This document shows positions 18,446 to 27,726 of a stretch of 62,216 nt of DNA, piece after piece. The stretch spans positions 1 through 62,216 of the forward strand of contig CALVRN010000006.1 of assembly GCA_944358675.1 (NCBI GenBank), in the 5' to 3' direction. The DNA comes from an uncultured Bacilli bacterium. Lineage in GTDB: Bacteria; Bacillota_I; Bacilli_A; RF39; UBA660. The translations under genes and the position numbers were made by a program. Positions within the stretch are counted from its first letter, which is position 1. Each line of letters begins with the position of its first letter. The notes below the pieces were generated by a model that saw only the letters and a program-made list of their open reading frames with translations, was not told the DNA's origin and made no database searches.

Positions 18446-19357
18446 ATGGATAATTTAGAAATTATAGAAAGCTTAAAACAAGATATGCCAGACACAGTGG
18501 CTGTTATTGGATATGGATCAGGTATATATAAACAGACAGGCTATAGTCCAGAAGAAAAACCAGACAAAGATGTGATTGTTGTAGTAGACGACTTTAAAGA
18601 TTTCTTAATCGAAGACTTTGAAAAAAATCCAAACCACTTTTCTGATGATTTTGATAAGCGTATCCTTTTAAGAAAAAAAGAAAAAGAAAAATTTTATAGT
18701 AATGTTGGATGTCTAAAATTCTATCATGATAACATTCATTTTAAAGCTATGGTTATCTCTAAAAAAGCATTAGAAGATGACATGAACACTTGGAAATACT
18801 TTGGGATGGCTGGACGTTTAACCAAACCAATACTTTATCAAAACATTCCAGATAAATTAGAAGAAGCTATTCAAACAAACCGTAAAAAAATATTAATTAC
18901 TGCATTACTTCTAAATCCCAATGACAAGTTAACTCCAAATGAACTTTATAACACTATTTCAAGATTAACTTACATGTATGACTTCAGAACAATTGTCCCA
19001 GGTGAAAAAAAGAGCAAGTCAGAAGATATCGTAAATGGCGCATATGACTTCTTTGAAAAAACATATGGACAAAGTGATATCATCTCAATAAATAACGGAA
19101 TAATTCATAATCCACATCCAATAGAACAAATTTATTTTTTACCTGATAATTTAAAAAAATATATAATCAAAAGCCTAACTCGTTATGACTTTGATAGAGA
19201 AAGCATACAAAAAATCAGTAAAGCAGTTAATAACTATTTTAGAAAAACTAATTTTCCAAATTCAATTAGACTTGCTTTAAGCAGCAGTACAACACTAGGA
19301 AAAAAAGAAACCATAAAACATGGTTTAAGTAAGGTTAAAAGACATTTTCAAAGATAG
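18446..19357 (+). CDS. tam41: Tam41/Mmp37-type phosphatidate cytidylyltransferase (CDP-DAG synthase)
   Basis: GYGSGIYKQ, DVIVVVDD, NPNHFS, DMNTW..GMAGRLTKP, LTYMYDFR, GEKKSK..DIV match Tam41 motifs. Confidence 0.85.
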   Translation: MDNLEIIESLKQDMPDTVAVIGYGSGIYKQTGYSPEEKPDKDVIVVVDDFKDFLIEDFEKNPNHFSDDFDKRILLRKKEKEKFYSNVGCLKFYHDNIHFKAMVISKKALEDDMNTWKYFGMAGRLTKPILYQNIPDKLEEAIQTNRKKILITALLLNPNDKLTPNELYNTISRLTYMYDFRTIVPGEKKSKSEDIVNGAYDFFEKTYGQSDIISINNGIIHNPHPIEQIYFLPDNLKKYIIKSLTRYDFDRESIQKISKAVNNYFRKTNFPNSIRLALSSSTTLGKKETIKHGLSKVKRHFQR

Positions 19358-19418
19358 GAATCCTTTACTTTTAACGGAAAATTTGCTATACTTTTAAAGT
19401 ATAGACAGGTGATAAAAT

Positions 19419-20000
19419 ATGAAAATTAAATCTGTAGATTTAACAATTTCGGCTATTCGCCGAAGTCAATATCCTACCGATAATAAACCAGAATATATGT
19501 TGGTAGGTAGATCTAACGTTGGGAAAAGCAGTTTTATAAATACAATTATTAATCGTAAAAACTTCGCAAGAACCTCTAGTAGACCAGGAAAAACACAAAC
19601 AATAAACTTTTATAACATTAATGATGAATTTTATTTAGTAGATGCCCCTGGATACGGATTTGCTAAAGTTGGTAAAACAAAAAGAAAAAAATTTGGTTTA
19701 ATGATTGAAGACTATTTAGTAAATAGAAAAAATTTGAAAGGTGTATTTCTCTTAATAGATTTCCGCCATCGCCCAACAAATGATGATATATTAATGTATA
19801 ACTTTTTAAAATATTATAAATTACCAGTAACCATTGTTGCAACAAAAGTGGATAAAATAGGAATTACCTCTAGACAAAAACAGAGAAATATGATTTTAAA
19901 TGACTTAGACTTGGTTGTTGGTGATGAATTTGTTATGTTTTCTAGTGTAACTAAAGATGGAAAAGAAGAAATTCATAAAAAAATTGAAAGGACAATGTAA
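19419..20000 (+). CDS. engB: Ribosome biogenesis GTPase YihA/YsxC
   Basis: GRSNVGKSS, PGKTQTINF, DAPGYG, TKVDK. Confidence 0.97.
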   Translation: MKIKSVDLTISAIRRSQYPTDNKPEYMLVGRSNVGKSSFINTIINRKNFARTSSRPGKTQTINFYNINDEFYLVDAPGYGFAKVGKTKRKKFGLMIEDYLVNRKNLKGVFLLIDFRHRPTNDDILMYNFLKYYKLPVTIVATKVDKIGITSRQKQRNMILNDLDLVVGDEFVMFSSVTKDGKEEIHKKIERTM

Positions 20001-20049
20001 TTTTATAACATTCTAATAAAATGTCTCATAAACTATTTTAGGTGATAAA

Positions 20050-20535
20050 ATGAGACTTATAATAGATGAAAACATTGTCATTTTTTTAGATAAAATTTAT
20101 TTACAAAACCTTAATTTAAATGATAAAAATATCATAGAAAAAAAGCTAATTAAACTGATTAATAAAATTCAAAATAAATGTACCATAGATTTAAATGGTT
20201 ATTATAATGTAAGTATATATAAAGATGAAAGTTATGGAATTATTATAGACATGCAAAAAGAAGAATTAGAGTATTTAGATTACTTTAATAATCAAATAGA
20301 ATTAAATATCGAAGTAATTGAAGACTCTTTTTTATATAAAATAGAAGACATATTCAATTTAAATAAAACATTGTTAAAAAAATTCACAATATATAAAAAT
20401 GGTGAAACAATATACTTAAAAGCTAATGAAAACATAAATAATATTGAACTTGGTATAATTTTAGAAAATGGTGAAATTATTTATGGAAAAACAGCAAATA
20501 GTATTAAGAAAAAAAGTGAAATAATAAAAGTGTAG
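20050..20535 (+). CDS. Hypothetical protein, weak resemblance to MecA/YpbH adaptors
   Basis: 161-aa ORF with AGGTG RBS in operon position; family call is tentative. Confidence 0.6.
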   Translation: MRLIIDENIVIFLDKIYLQNLNLNDKNIIEKKLIKLINKIQNKCTIDLNGYYNVSIYKDESYGIIIDMQKEELEYLDYFNNQIELNIEVIEDSFLYKIEDIFNLNKTLLKKFTIYKNGETIYLKANENINNIELGIILENGEIIYGKTANSIKKKSEIIKV

Positions 20536-20543
20536 GTGATAAT

Positions 20544-21857
20544 ATGCGAAAGCCAATTGTTGCTTTAGTTGGAAGACCAAATGTCGGAAAATCAACAATA
20601 TTCAATAGACTAGTAGGAAGTAAAATAGCTATAATTGAAGACACACCAGGAGTTACAAGAGATAGACTATATGGAACAGTTAATTATTTAGATTATAGCT
20701 TCCACTTAATAGACACAGGTGGTATTGATATAACTACAGGAAATTTCAATACTGAAATTAAAGGACAAGCCGAACTTGCAATAGATGAAGCCGATATTGT
20801 TATTTTTGTTGTTGATGGTAAAGAGGGATTAACTGCCAATGATTATACAGTTAGAGATATACTAAAGAAAAGTGGTAAACCGGTAATAGTAGCTATAAAT
20901 AAAACAGATTCAAAAGCTTATGAAGAACACAAGTATGACTTTTATGATTTAGCTTTTGATAATTATATAGAAATGTCAGCCGAACACAATCTTGGAGTAT
21001 CAACCTTACTAGATGAAATAACTAAAAACTTTAAAGAAATAAAAGAAGAATATGATGAAGAGATAATAAAATTTTCGATAATAGGTAGACCTAATGTTGG
21101 AAAAAGTAGTTTAGTTAACGCTTTATTAAACGAAGAGAGAGTCATTGTAAGCCCAGTTGCTGGAACAACTAGAGATGCTATAGATACACCATTTAGATAT
21201 CATGACAAAGACTTTGTTGTTATCGATACAGCTGGTATGCGTAAACGAGGGAAAATATATGAAAACGTTGAAAAATACAGTCTACTTCGTTCATTAAAAG
21301 CCATAGATAGATCTGATGTCTGTGTAATTGTTATAAATGCTGAAGAAGGTATTATCGAGCACGACAAACATATTGCTGGATACGCCATAGAAGCAGGTAA
21401 AGCTGTAGTTATCGCTGTTAATAAATGGGATACAGTAGAAGATAAAGATAAAGCTATGAAAGAGTGGAAAGAAGAAATAAATTTTCAATTTCAGTTCATG
21501 CCATATGCTAAAGTTGTATTCCTATCAGCTTTAACTAAAAAACGTATTCATACACTAATGCCGGAAATAATTAAAGCAAACGAAAATGCTCATAGAAAAA
21601 TTTCAACAAGTAGCCTAAATAATGTTATAACTGATGCCTATGCTTTAAACTTACCACCTTCATATAAAGGAAAAAGACTAAAAATATATTTTTCTAACCA
21701 AAGTAATATTTGTCCGCCAACCTTTAACATCCAAGTAAATAGCAAAGGATTAATTCACTTTTCATATGAAAGGTATTTAGAAAATAAAATCAGAGAAAGC
21801 TTTGATTTCACAGGTACTCCAATTGTCTTAAACTTTAAAAACAAAGGAGAGCAGTAG
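20544..21857 (+). CDS. der: Ribosome biogenesis GTPase Der
   Basis: Two GRPNVGKS G-domains and C-terminal KH-like domain. Confidence 0.98.
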   Translation: MRKPIVALVGRPNVGKSTIFNRLVGSKIAIIEDTPGVTRDRLYGTVNYLDYSFHLIDTGGIDITTGNFNTEIKGQAELAIDEADIVIFVVDGKEGLTANDYTVRDILKKSGKPVIVAINKTDSKAYEEHKYDFYDLAFDNYIEMSAEHNLGVSTLLDEITKNFKEIKEEYDEEIIKFSIIGRPNVGKSSLVNALLNEERVIVSPVAGTTRDAIDTPFRYHDKDFVVIDTAGMRKRGKIYENVEKYSLLRSLKAIDRSDVCVIVINAEEGIIEHDKHIAGYAIEAGKAVVIAVNKWDTVEDKDKAMKEWKEEINFQFQFMPYAKVVFLSALTKKRIHTLMPEIIKANENAHRKISTSSLNNVITDAYALNLPPSYKGKRLKIYFSNQSNICPPTFNIQVNSKGLIHFSYERYLENKIRESFDFTGTPIVLNFKNKGEQ

Positions 21858-21900
21858 CCTAATAAAACCTCCCGCATATATTAATGTAGGAGGTTTTAAA

Positions 21901-22143
21901 ATGGCATTTTCAGATAGCTTTTTCAAACGTGTAGAAAAGAAAACCAATGTAAATAAAGAGACAATTCTAGATTTAGCAAAAAAACTTCAAGAAGGGAATT
22001 TAAAAGATGAAGGAACCTTAAGAGAAGTAATTGGAGAATTAAGTAAAATGACTGGTAGGGAAGTTTCCGAGGAAAACAAAAAGAAAATCATTGATGCAGT
22101 TGTCAATGATCAAGTACCAAAAGACATTGATAAAATGATTTAA
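21901..22143 (+). CDS. spoVIF: Stage VI sporulation protein F
   Basis: FFKRVEKKTNVNKETILDLAKKLQEGNLKDEGTLREVI pattern. Confidence 0.85.
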   Translation: MAFSDSFFKRVEKKTNVNKETILDLAKKLQEGNLKDEGTLREVIGELSKMTGREVSEENKKKIIDAVVNDQVPKDIDKMI

Positions 22144-22158
22144 TCAATGTCTTTTATA

Positions 22159-23124
22159 TTATAATTTCTTATGCAATTTTAAAAGTGAAATAAGCATTTT
22201 ATCGCGGTATTCTGCTAAAGAAGCATCATCGTTACCAATTTCTTTAGGACGATTTTTCAAAGCCTCTTCGACACCTTTTCTAGCTATTTCTGGAAAATTC
22301 TCAGGGAATTCCTTAAAATCAGCCATATCGTTAAGCCACAAAGTTATAGAAGAATTCAAATGTTTCATAAGTCCATCTATATGTCCTTCACCACCACCTA
22401 ATTCAAATACTAAACTAGGTCCCATAATAGCCCATCTGAGTCCAGGACCATATGTAACAGCTTTATCAGCATCTTCAATTGTACATACACCTTTCATCAC
22501 AAGATTGCACACTTCTCTATAAACAGCCATTTGAATACGATTACATATAAAACCTAAAGCCTCTTTTTGTAACACAACCGGTTCTTTATCAATTGATTGA
22601 TAAAAATCCTTCGCACACTTTAATACTTCATCTGTAGTTTTGTCGCCCTTAGTAAGTTCAACTAACGGAATTAAATGTGGTGGATTATAAGGGTGTGCTC
22701 CGATAAACCTTTCAGGATGTTTCGCATTTTTAGCAATTTCACTAACAAGTAATCCAGATGTTGATGATGCAATTATTGTTTCACTAGATGTATATGTCTC
22801 CATCTCTTCAGCCATCTTTTGTTTAATCTCATAATTCTCAGGACCAGATTCTGTAATAAATTGTACATCTTTTACAGCCTCTTCCATCACAGTAGTGTAA
22901 TTAATTCTTCTTTCAATTTCTACAATTTCTTCCTCACTTACAACCTCGTTTTTCATTAAATTAAGTAAACTATCATGAATCCTTGTTTTAGCTAGTTCTA
23001 ACTTTTCATCGGTTAAGTCATAAACATTTACTGATAACTTTTTTAAAGAAAAATATAGAGCCCAGCTATAACCAATAACGCCTGCCCCAACACAAGCTAC
23101 TTTTCTAATATCTTTTGCATTCAT
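22159..23124 (-). CDS. 3-hydroxyacyl-CoA dehydrogenase family protein (L-gulonate/carnitine dehydrogenase-like)
   Basis: VGAGVIG, ASSTSG, AHPYNPPHLIPLVE, GPGLRWAIMGP. Confidence 0.9.
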   Translation of the reverse strand: MNAKDIRKVACVGAGVIGYSWALYFSLKKLSVNVYDLTDEKLELAKTRIHDSLLNLMKNEVVSEEEIVEIERRINYTTVMEEAVKDVQFITESGPENYEIKQKMAEEMETYTSSETIIASSTSGLLVSEIAKNAKHPERFIGAHPYNPPHLIPLVELTKGDKTTDEVLKCAKDFYQSIDKEPVVLQKEALGFICNRIQMAVYREVCNLVMKGVCTIEDADKAVTYGPGLRWAIMGPSLVFELGGGEGHIDGLMKHLNSSITLWLNDMADFKEFPENFPEIARKGVEEALKNRPKEIGNDDASLAEYRDKMLISLLKLHKKL

Positions 23125-23227
23125 ATCATCGCCTCCATTATAATTGTAGTTCCAAGCTAGAAATAAAGCAAGAAATAAAATAAATATAAATGTTAAGAAA
23201 TGTCTATTATTATTTTATAAACTTTGT

Positions 23228-23255
23228 TCATATTTAAAAATCTACCTCATATATT
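23228..23255 (+). promoter_or_regulatory. Candidate sigma-E promoter of spoIVA
   Basis: TCATATT-13-CATATATT resembles the sigma-E consensus; spoIVA is sigma-E dependent in Bacillus. Confidence 0.45.
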
Positions 23256-23278
23256 TAAATGAAGAAAGTAGGGATAAT

Positions 23279-24754
23279 ATGGAAAAAATAGACATTATCA
23301 AAAATATCACCGAACGAACTGGTGGTGATATTTATTTAGGCGTAGTAGGTGCAGTAAGAACAGGTAAATCAACCTTTATAAAAAGATTCATTGAAAATCT
23401 AGTTGTTCCTAATATTGAAGATGAATATGAAAGAAAAAGAACATTAGATGAAATTCCACAATCTGCTCAAGGTAAAACAATCATGACAACAGAGCCAAAA
23501 TTCGTTCCAAGTTCAGCTGCAAAAATTAAAATAGATGATTTTACCGCTGATGTTAGATTAGTAGACTGTGTCGGCTACGTTATTGAAGGTGCCAAAGGCT
23601 ATGAAGATGAAAATGGCCCAAGGATGGTGCACACACCTTGGTATGAAGAATCAATACCATTTGTTGAAGCTGCTGAAATAGGTACTGAAAAAGTCATTAA
23701 AGACCATTCTAGTATTGGCGTTTTAGTCACAACTGATGGCTCAATTGGAGAATTTGAAAGAAGTAACTACATCGATGCTGAACAAAGAATTGCCAAAGAA
23801 TTAAAAGAAATAGGCAAACCATTTATCGTTATAATAAATTCAACACATCCAATGCTTCCAGAAACCGAAAATCTAGCCGAAAGATTAAAAGAAGAATATG
23901 GCGCACCTGTAATCCCAATGAATGTCGATAATATGAGTGAAAGAGATGCTTATAACATCTTAAGAGAAGCATTATATGAATTTCCAGTTGTATGTATCGA
24001 TGTTGAAATGGCTGATTGGGTAGCTTGCCTAGAACCAAATAATTGGCTTAAAAAATCATATATAGAAACCATTAGAAATAGTGTTCATGAGATAGATAAA
24101 TTAAGAGATATTGAACAAATTACAACTAAATTAGAAGAATGCAAATATATTGAAAAGGCATATTTATCAGAAGTAGATACTGCAACTGGTAACGTTAGAG
24201 TAACTTTAAAAACTCCATCTAATTTATACAACGAAGTATTAAAAGAAATTATTGGAGTTGATATAACAAGTAGATCGCAGCTTTTAAGCCTATTTCAAGA
24301 TTTAGGGGAAGCAAAAAGAGAATATGATCAAGTAAAAGATGCTTTAAAAATGGTCAAACAAACAGGTTATGGAGTAGCCTCACCAACACTAGCTGATATG
24401 ACATTAGATACTCCAGAGATAATCAAACAGGGTAGTAGATATGGTATAAAATTAAAAGCTGTAGCCCCTTCAATCCACATGATTAGAGTTGATGTTGAAA
24501 GCACCTTTGAACCAATAATCGGCTCTGAAATCCAAAGTAAAGAATTAATAAATTATCTTATGAAAGATAAGGATTCTGGTAGTGAAAATATATGGAAAAG
24601 CGAAATCTTTGGTCGTAGTTTAGATGTTATAGTTCAAGAAGGAATTCAAGCAAAACTATCATTAATGCCTGATAGTGTACGTTTTAAATTAAGACAAACT
24701 TTATCAAAGCTTGTCAACAAAGGATCTGGTAATTTATTCGCCATTGTAATTTAA
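23279..24754 (+). CDS. spoIVA: Stage IV sporulation protein A
   Basis: RTGGDIYLGVVGAVRTGKSTFIKRF, IMTTEPKFVP, LVDCVGY. Confidence 0.98.
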   Translation: MEKIDIIKNITERTGGDIYLGVVGAVRTGKSTFIKRFIENLVVPNIEDEYERKRTLDEIPQSAQGKTIMTTEPKFVPSSAAKIKIDDFTADVRLVDCVGYVIEGAKGYEDENGPRMVHTPWYEESIPFVEAAEIGTEKVIKDHSSIGVLVTTDGSIGEFERSNYIDAEQRIAKELKEIGKPFIVIINSTHPMLPETENLAERLKEEYGAPVIPMNVDNMSERDAYNILREALYEFPVVCIDVEMADWVACLEPNNWLKKSYIETIRNSVHEIDKLRDIEQITTKLEECKYIEKAYLSEVDTATGNVRVTLKTPSNLYNEVLKEIIGVDITSRSQLLSLFQDLGEAKREYDQVKDALKMVKQTGYGVASPTLADMTLDTPEIIKQGSRYGIKLKAVAPSIHMIRVDVESTFEPIIGSEIQSKELINYLMKDKDSGSENIWKSEIFGRSLDVIVQEGIQAKLSLMPDSVRFKLRQTLSKLVNKGSGNLFAIVI

Positions 24755-24874
24755 TATTCAAAAATATTACCAAATAAACAACATAAATAAAACAGCTTGA
24801 AAAACAAAGGCAAATAGGCATTAACCATTTAACATCCCTTTCACAATAAAACCTTAAAAAAAGCTCAAAATATA

Positions 24875-24903
24875 TTGATTTTTCTAATCAAACATGGTAC
24901 TAT
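24875..24903 (+). promoter_or_regulatory. sigma-A promoter of hbs
   Basis: TTGATT-17-TACTAT with TG extension. Confidence 0.6.
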
Positions 24904-24950
24904 GTAAATGTAAGCAAGATAGCTTAACAATACAAGGGAGGTATATTTAA

Positions 24951-25223
24951 ATGACAAAACAAAATTTAGTAAACTATATTGCCGAAGAAACAGGAATGAC
25001 TAAAGCAGATGCTACTAGAGCATTAGATGCTGTATTAAATGGAATTGTAGAAGGATTAAAAAGTGAAGGAAAAGTTACTTTAACTGGTTTCTGCACATTT
25101 GCTACTCAACATAAAGATGCTAGACAAGGTCGTAACCCAAGAACTGGTGAAGCCGTAACTATTCCTGCAAGAACAGCTGTTTCTATTAAAGCTGGCGCAA
25201 AATTAAAAGATGCATTAAACTAA
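24951..25223 (+). CDS. hbs: HU DNA-binding protein
   Basis: ARQGRNPRTGE motif; follows spoIVA as in Bacillus. Confidence 0.97.
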   Translation: MTKQNLVNYIAEETGMTKADATRALDAVLNGIVEGLKSEGKVTLTGFCTFATQHKDARQGRNPRTGEAVTIPARTAVSIKAGAKLKDALN

Positions 25224-25266
25224 GGCTTCATGCCTTTTTTTAATATATATTTATGGAGATGAATTA

Positions 25267-26364
25267 ATGTACGAAACAGCAATTAGACTTTTAGAAAAAA
25301 TTAGTAGTTATGGATATACTGCTTATATGGTTGGTGGATATCCGAGAGATTTATACTTAAAAAGAACCTTTACAGACATTGATATTTGTACAGATGCTAC
25401 TCCTATGGAATTACATCAGATTTTTTCAGAAGTAGTCACAACAAATTCAGAATATGGTTCAGTAACAATTGTTTTTGAAAAAGTTAAATTTGAAATAACA
25501 ACTTTTAGAAAAGAATTCAAATATAAAGATCATAGAAGACCTGAAAAAATAGAATATGTTGATACTTTAGAAGAAGATATCAAAAGAAGAGATTTTACAA
25601 TCAATACACTATGTATTGACAAAGATGGTAATCAAATCGATTTAATAGGTGCTAAACAGGATTTAGATAATAAAATAATAAGAACCGTTAGTAATCCTAA
25701 AATAAGCCTTAAAGATGATGCACTGCGTATTTTAAGAGCTATTAGATTTGCTACCACATTAAATTTTACTCTAGAGCCAAAATTAAAAACATACATACGT
25801 AAATATGGTCATTTATTAAGAAAAATATCTAGAGATAGAAAAAAAGATGAACTAGATTTAATCTTCTCTAGTCCTAATAAAGCTTATGGCATTGAATTAT
25901 TAAACACTTTAAAACTATCTGAACACCTAGAAATACCAAACTTAAAAAAAGCAAAAATAACTCCATCTATGATTGTCACTTGGTCACAGTTAGATGCATT
26001 AGATAAATATAATTTTAATGCTATAGAAAAAGAAAGTATTAGAAAAATTAATGAAGTTAAAGATAAAGATTTATTAGATAATCATGTGCTCTATAATTAT
26101 GGCTTATATATATGTACAATGGCAGCTGAATTAAATGGTACAGACAAACAATCAATAAATGAAAAATATTCAAAAATACCAATCAAAAGCAGGCTAGATA
26201 TAGCTATATCACCAATTGAAATATGTGAATTATTAAACAAAGAAGCAGGATCATTCCTAAAAAATATTTTATCTGATATAGAAAGTGAAATATTAGATGG
26301 AAACTTAAAAAACAATAAAGAAGATCTAACAAATTATATAATAAATAAATATCAAGAATTATAA
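25267..26364 (+). CDS. cca: CCA tRNA nucleotidyltransferase
   Basis: VGGYPRD, DIDI, RRDFTIN, DALRILRAIRF. Confidence 0.92.
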   Translation: MYETAIRLLEKISSYGYTAYMVGGYPRDLYLKRTFTDIDICTDATPMELHQIFSEVVTTNSEYGSVTIVFEKVKFEITTFRKEFKYKDHRRPEKIEYVDTLEEDIKRRDFTINTLCIDKDGNQIDLIGAKQDLDNKIIRTVSNPKISLKDDALRILRAIRFATTLNFTLEPKLKTYIRKYGHLLRKISRDRKKDELDLIFSSPNKAYGIELLNTLKLSEHLEIPNLKKAKITPSMIVTWSQLDALDKYNFNAIEKESIRKINEVKDKDLLDNHVLYNYGLYICTMAAELNGTDKQSINEKYSKIPIKSRLDIAISPIEICELLNKEAGSFLKNILSDIESEILDGNLKNNKEDLTNYIINKYQEL

Positions 26365-26444
26365 GTCCATTTTTTGGACTTTTTCTATATATTTTCTTGT
26401 AAATTATTAAACATTTAAGTTATAATAAAAGACAAGGTGGTTTT

Positions 26445-27074
26445 ATGACAGGAAAGATATTAGAACTTATGAAAAATGGACATATTATGGTTCCAAGAGC
26501 CTTACTCACAAATTACAAAAAACTAAAATTAACCGATAAAGAATTAATAGTTTTAATTTATCTACTTGGAACAGCCGAATTTGATCCAGAAAAAATATCA
26601 GAAGATTTAAATATTAAATTACCTGATGTATTAAAATTAATAGACAATTTAACAAGCAAAGATATATTAAAAATATCTGTTAAATCAGGTAAAATATGTG
26701 AAGAATATATTGATTTAGATGAGATGTATAATAAACTAGCTATGACAATGATAAATGAAAAAAAAGAGGCTCCTAAAACCACAATATATGATAAGTTTGA
26801 AAAAGAATTTGGTAGGACATTAAGCCCAATGGAATATGAAATTATTGGAGCTTGGTTAGATGGTAATTATACCGAAGAATTAATTGAATTAGCGCTCAAA
26901 GAAGCTGTATATAATGGAGTATCTAATTTAAGATATATTGATAAAATTCTATCTGAATGGTATAAAAAAGGTATTAAAACTGAAAGTGACATAAAAAAAG
27001 AAAGAGAAAAAAGAAGTAAACAAAAACCAAAGAAAGAAGTATTTGATTATGACTGGCTCAACGAAAAAGATTGA
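26445..27074 (+). CDS. dnaD: DnaD primosome protein
   Basis: FEKEFGRTLSPMEYE, YIDKILSEW, YDWL; upstream of nth. Confidence 0.93.
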   Translation: MTGKILELMKNGHIMVPRALLTNYKKLKLTDKELIVLIYLLGTAEFDPEKISEDLNIKLPDVLKLIDNLTSKDILKISVKSGKICEEYIDLDEMYNKLAMTMINEKKEAPKTTIYDKFEKEFGRTLSPMEYEIIGAWLDGNYTEELIELALKEAVYNGVSNLRYIDKILSEWYKKGIKTESDIKKEREKRSKQKPKKEVFDYDWLNEKD

Positions 27075-27684
27075 AAATTTTTTAGATGAATTATTTCCAA
27101 ATCCAAGGTGTGAATTAAACTATACCAAAGATTATGAATTACTTCTCGCAACTATGTTGAGCGCTCAAACAACTGATAAAAGAGTAAACTCTGTCACAGA
27201 CATACTATTTAAAAAATACCCAACATTAAAAGATTTATCAGAAGCTGATATCATGGATATTCAAAATATAATTAGACCTATAGGTACTTACCATAAAAAA
27301 GCTCAAAACCTAATTGAAATAGCTAAACATTTACAAGAAGATTATAATGGAAAATTACCTAATAATAGAGAGTATCTAGAAAGCTTACCTGGAGTAGGTA
27401 GAAAAACCACCAATGTAGTTTTAAGCAATATATTTAATGTTCCTTGTATAGCTGTAGATACTCATGTTTCTAGAGTAAGTAAAAGATTAAATTTAGCAAA
27501 AGAAACAGATAATCCTTTGCAAATAGAAAAAAAGCTAAACAGAAAATTTAAAAAAGAAGATTTATGCAAAAGACATCATCAATTAGTTTTATTTGGTAGA
27601 TATCACTGTCTAGCTAGAAACCCTAAATGTGATGAGTGTAAATTAAAAGATATATGTAAATACTATAAACACCTAAATAAATAG
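27043..27684 (+). CDS. nth: Endonuclease III
   Basis: LSAQTTD, LPGVGRKT HhH, AVDTHV, C-x6-C-x2-C-x5-C cluster. Confidence 0.97.
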   Translation: MIMTGSTKKIENFLDELFPNPRCELNYTKDYELLLATMLSAQTTDKRVNSVTDILFKKYPTLKDLSEADIMDIQNIIRPIGTYHKKAQNLIEIAKHLQEDYNGKLPNNREYLESLPGVGRKTTNVVLSNIFNVPCIAVDTHVSRVSKRLNLAKETDNPLQIEKKLNRKFKKEDLCKRHHQLVLFGRYHCLARNPKCDECKLKDICKYYKHLNK

Positions 27685-27726
27685 GTGTTTTTTTAGCAAA
27701 AAAAAGGAATAGTTTAAATACTATTC

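Noticed and set aside
6776-24821. Shared motif CTTGAAAAACAAAGG near attR (6776) and upstream of hbs (24797)
   Set aside because: Only two A-rich copies in unrelated contexts; cannot separate from chance without a genome-wide count
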